From Alphaproteobacteria bacterium (GTDB lineage Bacteria > Pseudomonadota > Alphaproteobacteria > UBA828): a stretch of DNA of 64,000 nt. The notes beneath the pieces were generated by a model. The model ran no database searches and was not told the DNA's origin. It saw only the letters and a program-made list of their open reading frames with translations. Numbering within the stretch: the stretch's first letter is position 1; each line of letters begins with the position of its first letter. Both the position numbers and the translations under genes were made by a program. Shown in pieces: positions 10,330 through 19,696 of the stretch. The stretch lies in NCBI GenBank assembly GCA_965237415.1, contig CBDEFM010000002.1:1152001-1216000 (forward strand), written 5' to 3'.

Positions 10330-11223
10330 CTATCTGCGCGTGAACAGCCCACGGATGAGTCGCACGGAGCGCTCGTCGATGAACCCGCGCGGCTGGATGT
10401 TCATGGCGAGCACGATCAGCGCCCCGAACAGCAGGTTTCGCCAGTCGCCCATGAAGCGCAGCCCCTCGACGAGAATCCCCTGGATGAAGATCACCGCCAC
10501 GAGCGTGCCGAAGACATTGCGGAGTCCGCCCAGGATCGGATAGGCGATGGCGAAGGTCGCCAGCATGACACCGAAGTTCAGGTGCTCGATGTGCGTCGTG
10601 TAGTGGGCGTAGATGGCGCCGCCGATGCCGGCGATGAAGCCACCGGCGGCGAACGCGCCGACCTTCACCGCCGTCAGGTTGATGCCGACGCTCTGAGCGG
10701 CCAGCTCGTCCTCGCCGACGGCCCGCAGAACGGCGCCCGCGCGTGAGCGATCCGTCCACCAGAGCGCCAGCATGACGAGGGCGACGATCACCCAGACGAA
10801 GATCGCGACGTCCAGAGTGGTCCAGCCGTTCTCGGGAAAGAAGCGGATCTGCTTGAACCCTTCGCCGCCCTGCGGTCCGACGGCGATGCCCTCCTTTGCG
10901 ATCTGGTAATCGAAATTGAACCAGAACAGGCGGATGAACTCGCCTAAGGCAATCGTCGCGACCACCAGCATCAGGCCCTTTATCCTGAGTACCGGGAAGC
11001 CGACGATGCCGGCCACGATGCCGGCGACCGTGGCCGCCACCAGAAGCGCCGGGACGATGTGCCAGCCCTCCAGCACCGTGAGCATGGCGGATACATAGGC
11101 GCCGATGGCGAAGAAGCCCGCCTGCGCCAGCGTGACTTGGCCGGTCTGCAGGACGACATAGGCGGACAGCCCGAGGATCGTGTGGACGCCGATGATCTGA
11201 GCGAGCCCGAAGAAGAAGTCCAT
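10330..11223 (-). CDS. livM: Second LivM-like permease
   Basis: Hydrophobic; LAQAGFFAIGAY, QPRGF. Confidence 0.88.
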   Translation of the reverse strand: MDFFFGLAQIIGVHTILGLSAYVVLQTGQVTLAQAGFFAIGAYVSAMLTVLEGWHIVPALLVAATVAGIVAGIVGFPVLRIKGLMLVVATIALGEFIRLFWFNFDYQIAKEGIAVGPQGGEGFKQIRFFPENGWTTLDVAIFVWVIVALVMLALWWTDRSRAGAVLRAVGEDELAAQSVGINLTAVKVGAFAAGGFIAGIGGAIYAHYTTHIEHLNFGVMLATFAIAYPILGGLRNVFGTLVAVIFIQGILVEGLRFMGDWRNLLFGALIVLAMNIQPRGFIDERSVRLIRGLFTRR

Positions 11224-11238
11224 CGCCCCCTCCCCCGC

Positions 11239-12120
11239 TCAGTCGCGCGCCACCGAGCGCGAGAAGATGCCGCCGGGCCGAAACACCAGGAACACGAACA
11301 GCAGCAGCATCACGTACATGTCCCGTTCGGTGACTCCTCTGAACGCCAGGAAGAAGTTCTCGAAGGCGCCGACCGCGAGGCCGGCGACGATCGCACCCGG
11401 GATGCTGCCGAGACCGCCGATGACGCAGACGATGAGCCCCTTGACCGTGATCGGCACGACCAGCAGGGGCGAGAGCACGCCGACCGAGGCGCCGATCATG
11501 GCGCCCGCCAGCCCGCCCAACAGGCCGGTGATGACGAAGGTGACCGCGTTCGTGCGTTCCAGGCTGATGCCGGCGAGCTGCGCCGCAACCGGCTGCATCG
11601 CCACGGCCCGCGTGGCGATGCCGAGCCGCGTGCGATAGAGCATGAACATGAGCACGACCGTGGCCACCAGCGAGAGGAAGAAGATGAACAGCAGATCGCC
11701 ACGCAGGCCGAATTCGCCGAATTCCATATAGACATCTGCGAACAGGGCCGGGTAGGGCTGGGGCATGCCGTCGGTCGCATGGACAATAATCTCGTCGATC
11801 AAGATCAACATGCCGACCGTCGCCATCAATGTCGCGAGCGGGCTGGAGAGCGGTATGAAGCGAAAATTGGCGAGATAAATCAGATAGGCGATGGCGCCAG
11901 AGCCGATTGCGGCGACGAGGAACGTGACCAGGGCGGGCAACGGCACATAGGCGGCAACGGCGATGCTGACATAGGCGCCGGCGATCGAGGCGGCGCCATA
12001 GGCCAGGTTCAGCTTGTGCATGACCCCGAAAATCAGGGTGAAACCGATGCCGATCAGCGCATAGATCGAACCGAACAGCAGGCCGTCCGTGATCGACTGA
12101 AAGAAGTCGAGCAGGTCCAC
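11239..12120 (-). CDS. livH: Second LivH-like permease
   Basis: YALIGIGFTLIFG, GGLGSIPGA. Confidence 0.9.
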   Translation of the reverse strand: MDLLDFFQSITDGLLFGSIYALIGIGFTLIFGVMHKLNLAYGAASIAGAYVSIAVAAYVPLPALVTFLVAAIGSGAIAYLIYLANFRFIPLSSPLATLMATVGMLILIDEIIVHATDGMPQPYPALFADVYMEFGEFGLRGDLLFIFFLSLVATVVLMFMLYRTRLGIATRAVAMQPVAAQLAGISLERTNAVTFVITGLLGGLAGAMIGASVGVLSPLLVVPITVKGLIVCVIGGLGSIPGAIVAGLAVGAFENFFLAFRGVTERDMYVMLLLFVFLVFRPGGIFSRSVARD

Positions 12121-12203
12121 CGGGTCATCCCCCGCGTGACACTCGTCGACGAAATGCGAGCGGGCGTGCGCCTGTCAGCCGGCGCACACCCGCCCGGTGA
12201 AGA

Positions 12204-13415
12204 CTACTGCGACGGGTCGTGGAGGATGGCCCACTCCCCAGCCTGGGCGTGCACATAGAGGTAAGGCTTGATCGCCTCGCCCTCGTCCGTGCGCTGGATT
12301 TTGCCGAGGAGCCCGTCGGTTTCCTTCAGATTCGCCAGCCCGTCACGGATCTTGCGCCGGTCCGCGTCCACCGAATCGCCGTCGGCCGTGACTCCCTGGG
12401 CTTCCATGACCTCCTTGAGGATCATCACGATTTCCCAGGCGGCGGCGCTGTGCAGATCCGCGCTACCGTCGAACTTCGCCGCCGCGGCGGCGGCGGCCTT
12501 GGCGGCCGGCGTGACCGGCGCGAAGCTGGTTGGGATGATGATGCCCTCTGCCTGTTCGGAGCAGCCCTGCAGGGTCTCCATACTTGACGAGCTCGTGAGC
12601 CCGACCAGCAGCTGCGGCTTGACGCGCTGGCGCTTCATCTCCTTCAGCACACCGCAGGTCGTGAAGGGATGCGCCGAGATGGCGACGATATCGGCCTTCG
12701 CCTTCTTCATCTGGCGTACTTGGGTGGTGAAGTTGGTGTCGTTCAGGAGCCACTTGGATTCGCCGAGCACCTCATAGCCTGCCTCGGGCGAACGCTGCTT
12801 CATCACCTTGTGCCAGGTGAAGCGGGAATGGGCGAAATCCTCCTCGACACCGCCATAGACGGTCTTGAGGTCCGGGTGCTCCGCGCTGATCCATTCGAAC
12901 AGCGCCTTGTACATCTGGTTCTCGTTGGGGACGTTGCGGAACGCCCACTGGGAGATCTTCGCCAACCCGCCCTTGATGGCGGTATCGGTGAAGATCGGAA
13001 TTTGAAGCCCGGAATCCCCGTCATCGTCGACGTTCTTCTGCAACACACCGAACAGCGGTTCGGCGACATTCGAACAGGTCGGTCCGATGGCGACGAGCGC
13101 ATCGCTGCCGGCGATGCGGCGCAGCACCGAAATGCCCTCTTCCGCATTGCAGCGATCATCGTAGAACGTCAGCTCCATCATCGCCATGGAACCATCGGCC
13201 AGCTTGACGCCGCCCGCCGCATTCACGGCTTCGATCGCGCCGCTCAACACCGCTTCCGTGTTGATGCCGAACGAGCGCACGACGCCGGACTTCGCTCCGA
13301 AGCCGGCGAGCTGCACCGTATTGTCCGCGGAGGACACCTCGCTATGCGTCCCAAGGCTCGCAGCCACGGCGAGCGCGGCCACGGCACCAAGCCTGACTAG
13401 CTTGCAATTCAGCAT
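12204..13415 (-). CDS. ABC substrate-binding protein, LivJ/K (HAAT) type
   Basis: Signal peptide, INAAGG-like VNAAGG, YDD, GPTCS; first gene of the liv operon. Confidence 0.88.
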   Translation of the reverse strand: MLNCKLVRLGAVAALAVAASLGTHSEVSSADNTVQLAGFGAKSGVVRSFGINTEAVLSGAIEAVNAAGGVKLADGSMAMMELTFYDDRCNAEEGISVLRRIAGSDALVAIGPTCSNVAEPLFGVLQKNVDDDGDSGLQIPIFTDTAIKGGLAKISQWAFRNVPNENQMYKALFEWISAEHPDLKTVYGGVEEDFAHSRFTWHKVMKQRSPEAGYEVLGESKWLLNDTNFTTQVRQMKKAKADIVAISAHPFTTCGVLKEMKRQRVKPQLLVGLTSSSSMETLQGCSEQAEGIIIPTSFAPVTPAAKAAAAAAAKFDGSADLHSAAAWEIVMILKEVMEAQGVTADGDSVDADRRKIRDGLANLKETDGLLGKIQRTDEGEAIKPYLYVHAQAGEWAILHDPSQ

Positions 13416-13616
13416 CTGCCTCTCCCATGCGTTGACGTCGGATTCCGATCCGACCGACCCCGTGTCTTTCGGGGTTCTTGTCGTTGACCGCCACGGTGAT
13501 CAGTCCACCGAGGTCGGCACGTCATTGGCTCGATCTTATACCCGCCCCGCTATCGGAGTCAGTGAATAATTGCCGACAATAGAACAGAATTCCGCCCTCA
13601 ACGGCGAATGGGGCGC

Positions 13617-14033
13617 CTATCGCCCCGGCATACCCTCGTCCTGGGGGAGGTCCGGGTGCAGGAGATCCCAGGGCTGCGCGCTCGCCACGTAGATTTCTCG
13701 GCTCGGCCAGTACGAGCTCGGGTCGTCCAGGCTGCCCGCATAGAGCACCCGCACCGCCGTGTTCGCGCCGTTGAGCAGGAACAGCGGCGAGCCGCATGCG
13801 GGGCAGAATCCCCGCTGCATGGGGTGTCCCCTGTCCGAGGGTCTCTCGAACCAGATCGGCTCGCCGCTGAGCAGGGAGAAATCGCTCTCCTTCACCATCA
13901 CCGCCGGCAGATAGGCGCCGCCGGTCGCCTGCTGGCAGTCGGTGCAATGGCAGTTGCCCATGTAGCGCGGCGCCCCCGCGCACTCGTAGCGAATGGCGCC
14001 GCACGCGCAGCCGCCGCCGAAGGGGAGATCCAT
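13617..14033 (-). CDS. GFA (glutathione-dependent formaldehyde-activating) family Zn protein
   Basis: GGCACG, CHCTDCQ, FCPACGSPL. Confidence 0.9.
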   Translation of the reverse strand: MDLPFGGGCACGAIRYECAGAPRYMGNCHCTDCQQATGGAYLPAVMVKESDFSLLSGEPIWFERPSDRGHPMQRGFCPACGSPLFLLNGANTAVRVLYAGSLDDPSSYWPSREIYVASAQPWDLLHPDLPQDEGMPGR

Positions 14034-14272
14034 GACCGCTTCTCCTCGTGCGTCGTCGGCGGAGTATACCCGCGTTAGAACCGGCCGGGCATTCACCGGC
14101 GCAGCAGCACACGGAGCCCGACGCGGTGTGACCGGCCCCCGCTCGACGGTCCAGTTCGAATGTCGGTAGAGCGGATTCCGTTCGGCACCGCACCTTTATC
14201 CTGTCGCTTGCAAAAAATGGTAAAGAAGACCGGGACTACGGCTTCAGGAAGCAGGTCAAATCGGGAGAGGCC

Positions 14273-15268
14273 ATGAGCAACAAAGCTGCCGTCATCTACG
14301 AAAAGGGCACGCCCGACGTCTTCCGCTGGCAGGACTGGCCGGTCGGCGAGCCGGGACCGGGCGACGTTCTGATCCGGCACGGCGCCATCGGGGTGAACTA
14401 TATCGACACCTACAACCGGCGTGGCATGCCGCATCCGTGGCCGGTGCCGCCGCTGCCCTTCGTCGTGGGCATCGAGGGCGCAGGGACGGTCGAAGCGGTC
14501 GGCGACGGCGTGACGGAATGTGCGGTCGGCGACCGGGTCACCTATGCCAGTCCACCGCACGGCGCCTATGCGCAGCGCCGGGTGATGCCGGCCAAGCGGA
14601 TGGTCAGGCTGCCCGACGGCATCTCCGAGGAAGACGCGGCCGGCATCACGCTCAAGGGCCTCACCGCCCAGTATCTCTTACGCCGAACTTACCGGGTGCA
14701 GCCGGGCGATCCGGTGCTGGTCCATGCGGCGGCAGGCGGCATGGGGCTGATCCTGTGCCAGTGGGCCAAGCACCTGGGTGCGACCGTGATCGGCACGGTC
14801 TCGACCGACGAGAAGGCGGAACTCGCCAAGGCCCACGGTGCCGACCATGTCGCCGTCTATTCGCGCGAGGATTTCGTACCGCTGGTCATGGAGGTCACCG
14901 AAGGCAAGGGCTGCCCGGTGGTATACGAGAGCATCGGCAAGGACACGTTCACCCGCTCGCTGGACTGTTTACGCCCGCTCGGCATCCTGGCGAGCTACGG
15001 CCATGCCTCGGGCGCGCCGGACCCCGTCGATATCGTGGATCTGGGCGCACGCGGCTCGCTGTTCGTCACCCGTCCGGCGCTCATGCACTATGTCGAGGAA
15101 CGCGAGGACCTGGTTGCTTCGGCGCAGGAATTGTTCGACGTCGTCTCAACGGGCGCGGTGACGATCACCGTCCGCAGCCGCTATCCGCTGCGCGAGGCCG
15201 CTGAAGTGCACCGCGCCATCGAGGAACGGCGCACCACCGGCTCGACGGTGCTTCTGCCGTTCGCGTAG
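14273..15268 (+). CDS. qor: NADPH:quinone oxidoreductase (zeta-crystallin family)
   Basis: GVNYID, GIEGAG, HAAAGGMG, TTGSTVL. Confidence 0.9.
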   Translation: MSNKAAVIYEKGTPDVFRWQDWPVGEPGPGDVLIRHGAIGVNYIDTYNRRGMPHPWPVPPLPFVVGIEGAGTVEAVGDGVTECAVGDRVTYASPPHGAYAQRRVMPAKRMVRLPDGISEEDAAGITLKGLTAQYLLRRTYRVQPGDPVLVHAAAGGMGLILCQWAKHLGATVIGTVSTDEKAELAKAHGADHVAVYSREDFVPLVMEVTEGKGCPVVYESIGKDTFTRSLDCLRPLGILASYGHASGAPDPVDIVDLGARGSLFVTRPALMHYVEEREDLVASAQELFDVVSTGAVTITVRSRYPLREAAEVHRAIEERRTTGSTVLLPFA

Positions 15269-15319
15269 CGCATTTCCCGCCCCGCCGGCGCGCCAGTCGT
15301 TTCGACGGACGCGTAAGCT

Positions 15320-16207
15320 CTATACGGGTTGCGCGATCCGGGCCGGATCGCCGGTGTCGAGGGTGGTGACGCGGCGCATCTCCCGCCTGTGCGCGGTGTC
15401 GTCGAAGGGACGGGCGCGGTGCATCGTGGCGCGGTTGTCCCAGATCGCGAAGTCCCCGCTTCGCCACGAATGCCGGTACACGAGCTCAGGTCCTGTCGCG
15501 TGCTCCATGAGGTCGCGGAGCAGGAGCCGGCCATCCGGCACGGGCCGGTCGAGTATCCGAGAGGCGTGCGAGGCGAGGTAGAGGGAGCGCCGCCCGGTGC
15601 GCGGATTGCTCAATACCAGAGGCTGGATGGCCCCCTTGAGCCGGTCGCTCTCCTCCTCCGAGAACTCGAAGCCGAGCGTCACGCGCGAATAGGCGATCGA
15701 ATGGTGCACACGGAGGCCCTCCAGTCCGGCCTTCGTCTCGTCTGCCAGCGTGTCGTAGCCGGCCCGCATGTCCGCGAACTCTGTGTCGGCTGCGACCGGC
15801 GGCAGCACGAGGGCAGCGAGCATCGAGTAGCGGCCGCGCGGGTCCTGAAACGACGCGTCGGTGTGCCAGAGGCGGTTCGCGATACCGTACTGGCGCTTCC
15901 GGCTGTTCGCTTCCAGCACCTCTCCGCCCGCATCGACGTTCGAGACATCGGTGAGTGCTTCGTCGCCGAAGCGGCTCTTCTGCAGAACGCCGATGCCGGT
16001 CTTGCGGTGGAGTTCCCCGTCGAGCCGGACGGCGAAGTCGCGCTGCTCCTCGCTCGAGAACGCCTGGTCCCGGAATACGAGCACCGCGTGCTCGTCCATG
16101 CCCGCCCGGATCTGCTCGAGGGTCTCGTCGTCGTGCACGCCGCGCAGATCGACCGCGCTCGCCTCGGCGGCGAAAACGGGGTGGAGCTTGCGGAACCGCA
16201 GTGTCAT
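15320..16207 (-). CDS. TauD/TfdA 2OG-dependent dioxygenase
   Basis: WHTDASF, TEFADMRA, WDNRATMHR; start at MTLRFRKLH. Confidence 0.92.
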   Translation of the reverse strand: MTLRFRKLHPVFAAEASAVDLRGVHDDETLEQIRAGMDEHAVLVFRDQAFSSEEQRDFAVRLDGELHRKTGIGVLQKSRFGDEALTDVSNVDAGGEVLEANSRKRQYGIANRLWHTDASFQDPRGRYSMLAALVLPPVAADTEFADMRAGYDTLADETKAGLEGLRVHHSIAYSRVTLGFEFSEEESDRLKGAIQPLVLSNPRTGRRSLYLASHASRILDRPVPDGRLLLRDLMEHATGPELVYRHSWRSGDFAIWDNRATMHRARPFDDTAHRREMRRVTTLDTGDPARIAQPV

Positions 16208-17127
16208 CGGCTCGCGCTCGTTGGCGCACCCGTCTCGATCGGGAGGTCGGGGTCGTACGCCCACTCGCCCATCGACCCGTCGTAGAGGGTGAGGTCGCGG
16301 TAGCCGAGTTGGTGAAGGAGAAAGAGGCCGACGGTGGCGGAGATGCCGCCGCCGCAATAGGCGACGACGTGGCGATCCGGGGTGATGCCGGCGTCCTCGT
16401 GAAGCCGCCGTGCCTCGTCCAACGACACGAAGGCGCCGTTCGACGGATCGAGGAGGCTGGCCGCAGGTACGTTGACGCTCCCCGGGATTCGTCCAGGGCG
16501 TCCGTAGCGGCTCGGTCCCGCACCGAGATGAAACTCGGGTGCGAGCGCATTCACCATGGCGGTGCCGGCATCGCCGAGCCGGGAACGCACATAGCCGCGG
16601 TCCACGAAGCGGCCCGGCAGGGGCTGCGCGGTGAAGCGCGCCGGCGGGTACCCGCCCGGTGCGGAGGATACGGGCCGCCCCTCCGCCTTCCACTTCTCCC
16701 AGCCGCCATCGAGCACCGCGGCACGGTCGAACCCGAAGGCACGCAGCATCCACCAGACCCGGGTCGCCCACATGATGCTGCCGGCCGAGTAGAGCACGAC
16801 GCGGGAGTCGTCGCCGATGCCGAGCCCGCCCATGGTGTCCGCGAACCGCTCGGCGGTGGGTGCCATGAAGCGCAGGCGCGTGTCCGGATCGGAAATCGCC
16901 CCCTGGATGTCGAGGAAGACGGCGCCGGGGATATGCGCCGCGTCGTACTCGGCCCGGCCCGGGACGACGCGGTAGGGGGCGTCGTCGCCCGGCTCGGCCG
17001 GCTTGAGCCACGTCGTGCAGTCCACGATGCGAAGCCCGCGCATACCGAGGCTCGCCTCGAGCGCGCCGGTCTCGATGAGCGCCTGCGGCTCGCGCCAGTT
17101 CGAGAGGTCGGCTCGGCCTTCGGTCAT
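16204..17127 (-). CDS. Tandem-rhodanese sulfurtransferase (SseA-like)
   Basis: HIPGAVF, LDGG, YCGGGISA, LYDGSMGEW. Confidence 0.9.
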   Translation of the reverse strand: MTEGRADLSNWREPQALIETGALEASLGMRGLRIVDCTTWLKPAEPGDDAPYRVVPGRAEYDAAHIPGAVFLDIQGAISDPDTRLRFMAPTAERFADTMGGLGIGDDSRVVLYSAGSIMWATRVWWMLRAFGFDRAAVLDGGWEKWKAEGRPVSSAPGGYPPARFTAQPLPGRFVDRGYVRSRLGDAGTAMVNALAPEFHLGAGPSRYGRPGRIPGSVNVPAASLLDPSNGAFVSLDEARRLHEDAGITPDRHVVAYCGGGISATVGLFLLHQLGYRDLTLYDGSMGEWAYDPDLPIETGAPTSASR

Positions 17128-17516
17128 CGACGGTATCCCTCCTGTTTCGGCCGCAATGGTATCAGTACGCCCTATAGCGGTCGCCGAAAAGACCGGCCGC
17201 AAGCCCCGGTGCCCGCTCAGCGGTCGCTGAGGAGCGACCCGCAGCCCAGGACGCGGTCGTCGACCCCGTTTGCCCGGTAGCCGTGCCAGGGCGCGTGCCA
17301 GCGAGACCCGCTGGCGAACGCCGCCGCTCAGAGCGGCAGTGTCCCGCTCGACATGCCTCGCTTGTACGGCCCCAACCGGACCCAATTCTCGCAGGGACTG
17401 GGAGCAGTTCGCGGAGAGAAAACCATTGCCCGTGCGCGGAGCGTCCCTGTACCCTCCCCTCGCCGATCCGCGCCATCTCGACGCAGTCGGACAACAAACA
17501 AGATAGCGGGAGGGAT

Positions 17517-18485
17517 ATGAGCATGAAGTTTTCGCCCATCGTGGCCGCACTGGGTGCTGCGGCGTTGATTGTCGGTGTCGCAGTCGGGCCAGACGAGGCA
17601 CGAAGCGAGGACCAGTTCACCGTCGGTGTCTCGGTCTGGGATGTTTCGACGACGCCGTTCTCGGTGCCGCTCGTCAAGGGCATGCGCGACGCCGCCGAGG
17701 CAGCCAACGTCAACCTCATCGTCAGCGATCCCAAGTGGGACGCGTCGGTTCAGGTCGAGAACGTTCGCGAATTCATCGTGCAGGGCGTGGACGCGATCGC
17801 CATCGCGCCGATCGATATTGCGGGCGTCCTCCCTGCCGTTCAGGAAGCACTCGACGCCGGCATCCCGGTGGTGGGCGCGTTGGGCGAGATCGAGGGCGTT
17901 CCCTACGTCGGTGTCGACGATATCGAGTACGGGCGCTTGTCGGCCCGCCTCATGCTGGAGGCGCTCGCCACTGTCGAGGGCGAGAAACGCATCGTGATGT
18001 TCCGCGGAACCGCTGGCGGCAGCCCCGACCGGCGCCGCATGCAGGGCATGACCGAGGTGCTCCAAGAGTCGGGCGTGGAGCATGACTGGGTCGACGTCAC
18101 AGCCGACTGGCTGCCGGACAAGGCGCTGACCGGATTCCAGGATATGCTCCAGCGCTTCCCGGTTGCGGGCAGCGTCACCCTCGTCAACAGCATGGGGAAC
18201 TGCATGGTTCCGCCGTCGCTGGACTGGGCCCAGAGGCTGGGGCGCACGGAGATCATGTTCGTCGCCATCGACCTCTGTAAGGGCGAAGAGGAAGCCATCG
18301 GAGCCGGCAAGATGTACGGCGCCGTCTACCAGGATCCGCTGATCATGGGCGCGCTCGTGATCGACAGCCTGGTCGCCATGCGCGCCGCCGGGGACTACAG
18401 CACGCTGCCGGACTTCGCCGCCGTCCCGCCAATCTTCAACTGCACGCAGGCCAACTACGCCGAATGCGAGGGGCGCGGCTTCTAG
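17517..18485 (+). CDS. Sugar-type ABC substrate-binding protein (RbsB-like)
   Basis: GGGAGG RBS, signal peptide, GVDAIAIAP. Confidence 0.85.
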   Translation: MSMKFSPIVAALGAAALIVGVAVGPDEARSEDQFTVGVSVWDVSTTPFSVPLVKGMRDAAEAANVNLIVSDPKWDASVQVENVREFIVQGVDAIAIAPIDIAGVLPAVQEALDAGIPVVGALGEIEGVPYVGVDDIEYGRLSARLMLEALATVEGEKRIVMFRGTAGGSPDRRRMQGMTEVLQESGVEHDWVDVTADWLPDKALTGFQDMLQRFPVAGSVTLVNSMGNCMVPPSLDWAQRLGRTEIMFVAIDLCKGEEEAIGAGKMYGAVYQDPLIMGALVIDSLVAMRAAGDYSTLPDFAAVPPIFNCTQANYAECEGRGF

Positions 18486-18629
18486 CGCCTGATCCCAGGT
18501 ATTGGTGACGAGTTTGTGGGCAGTCGCCGGCCAGGTGGCTGCCCACACGCTTTCGCCGCCCCGTCGCGCCCAGCGTTCTCGCGGGCAATTCGCTAGCAGC
18601 GGTCTTCACACGATGTCCTGGAGCCGGCG

Positions 18630-19661
18630 GTGACCGACCCGCAGGACAGTCATCCCGCGGAGTCCGGCCCTCGGGGATTCGTGAACTGGAAGCCCCTGGT
18701 CGCGTTTCTCGGGCGCTACGGCTTCATGATCGCCCTGCTCCTGCCGGCGATCATCCTGCTGGCCACCAACGAGACCTTCCGCAATCCGCTGAACCTCTCG
18801 AACATCCTGGCCCAGTCCTCGATGGTAGGTGTGGCGGCCGTCGGCATGACGGTGGTCATGATCCTGGGCGGCTTCGACCTTTCCATAGGTGCGATTGCTG
18901 CCGTGACCGGCCTCGTCGCGGTTTTCATTTTCGGCACCGGAGACCCCTTGTTGCTGGCGTTGGGCTGTCTTGCCTGTATTGGAGCCGGCGCTCTCATCGG
19001 TGCCTTCAACGGCACCTTGATCAGCCGCATCGGCATCAACCCCCTGATTGCGACGCTCGCCATGGCGAGCCTCGTGCGCGGCCTCGTGCTGATCTCCAGC
19101 GAAGGCACCATCCATCGCGCCGAAGGCGATGCGATGTGGATCACCACGCTCGCGCTCGGCCGCGTGGGCGGCGGCTTCCCCATCGCCGGATTCTTCTTCA
19201 TCGGCGCGGTCGTGATGGGATCGGTCATCCTGCGCTACTCCAAATTTGGGCGATGGGTCTACGCCATCGGCGGGAATGAGGAGGCGGCGCGGCTCTCGGG
19301 CGTGCCGGTCAGCCGTGTCGTTATCACCTGCTATGCCCTCATGGGCGGCCTTGCCGGCCTCGCGGGCCTCCTGTTCACCTCGCGCACCGGCACCGCGCTG
19401 ACCACAACGGGGATCGGGCTCGAGATCGACGCCATCACGGCCACCGTCATCGGCGGCACCAGGCTCGGCGGCGGCCATGGCGCCATCCTCGGCACGGTCG
19501 TCGGTGTCATCCTGCTCGGCGTCATCCGCAACGGCCTCAATCTGAACGGTGTCTCGCCCTTCTGGCAGCCTTTCATCATCGGCTGCATCCTGCTGATTAC
19601 GGTTTCGATCAGCGTGTGGATGAACCGCACCGAGAATCGCTCCCGCGCCGGCGGGTTTTAG
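18630..19661 (+). CDS. Sugar ABC permease (RbsC-like)
   Basis: GGFDLS, GGNEEAARLSG, VIGGT. Confidence 0.9.
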   Translation: MTDPQDSHPAESGPRGFVNWKPLVAFLGRYGFMIALLLPAIILLATNETFRNPLNLSNILAQSSMVGVAAVGMTVVMILGGFDLSIGAIAAVTGLVAVFIFGTGDPLLLALGCLACIGAGALIGAFNGTLISRIGINPLIATLAMASLVRGLVLISSEGTIHRAEGDAMWITTLALGRVGGGFPIAGFFFIGAVVMGSVILRYSKFGRWVYAIGGNEEAARLSGVPVSRVVITCYALMGGLAGLAGLLFTSRTGTALTTTGIGLEIDAITATVIGGTRLGGGHGAILGTVVGVILLGVIRNGLNLNGVSPFWQPFIIGCILLITVSISVWMNRTENRSRAGGF

Positions 19662-19696
19662 GAGACGGACGCGATGCTCTCTTCCGACGATAAGCC

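Noticed and set aside
15320-17011. 563-aa fused ORF including TauD
   Set aside because: The N-terminal part is an alternative frame of the sulfurtransferase gene; TauD starts at 16207 with an ATGA overlap.
17130-17510. ncRNA or riboswitch in the divergent intergenic region
   Set aside because: Only short GC-rich hairpins; no recognisable conserved RNA motif.
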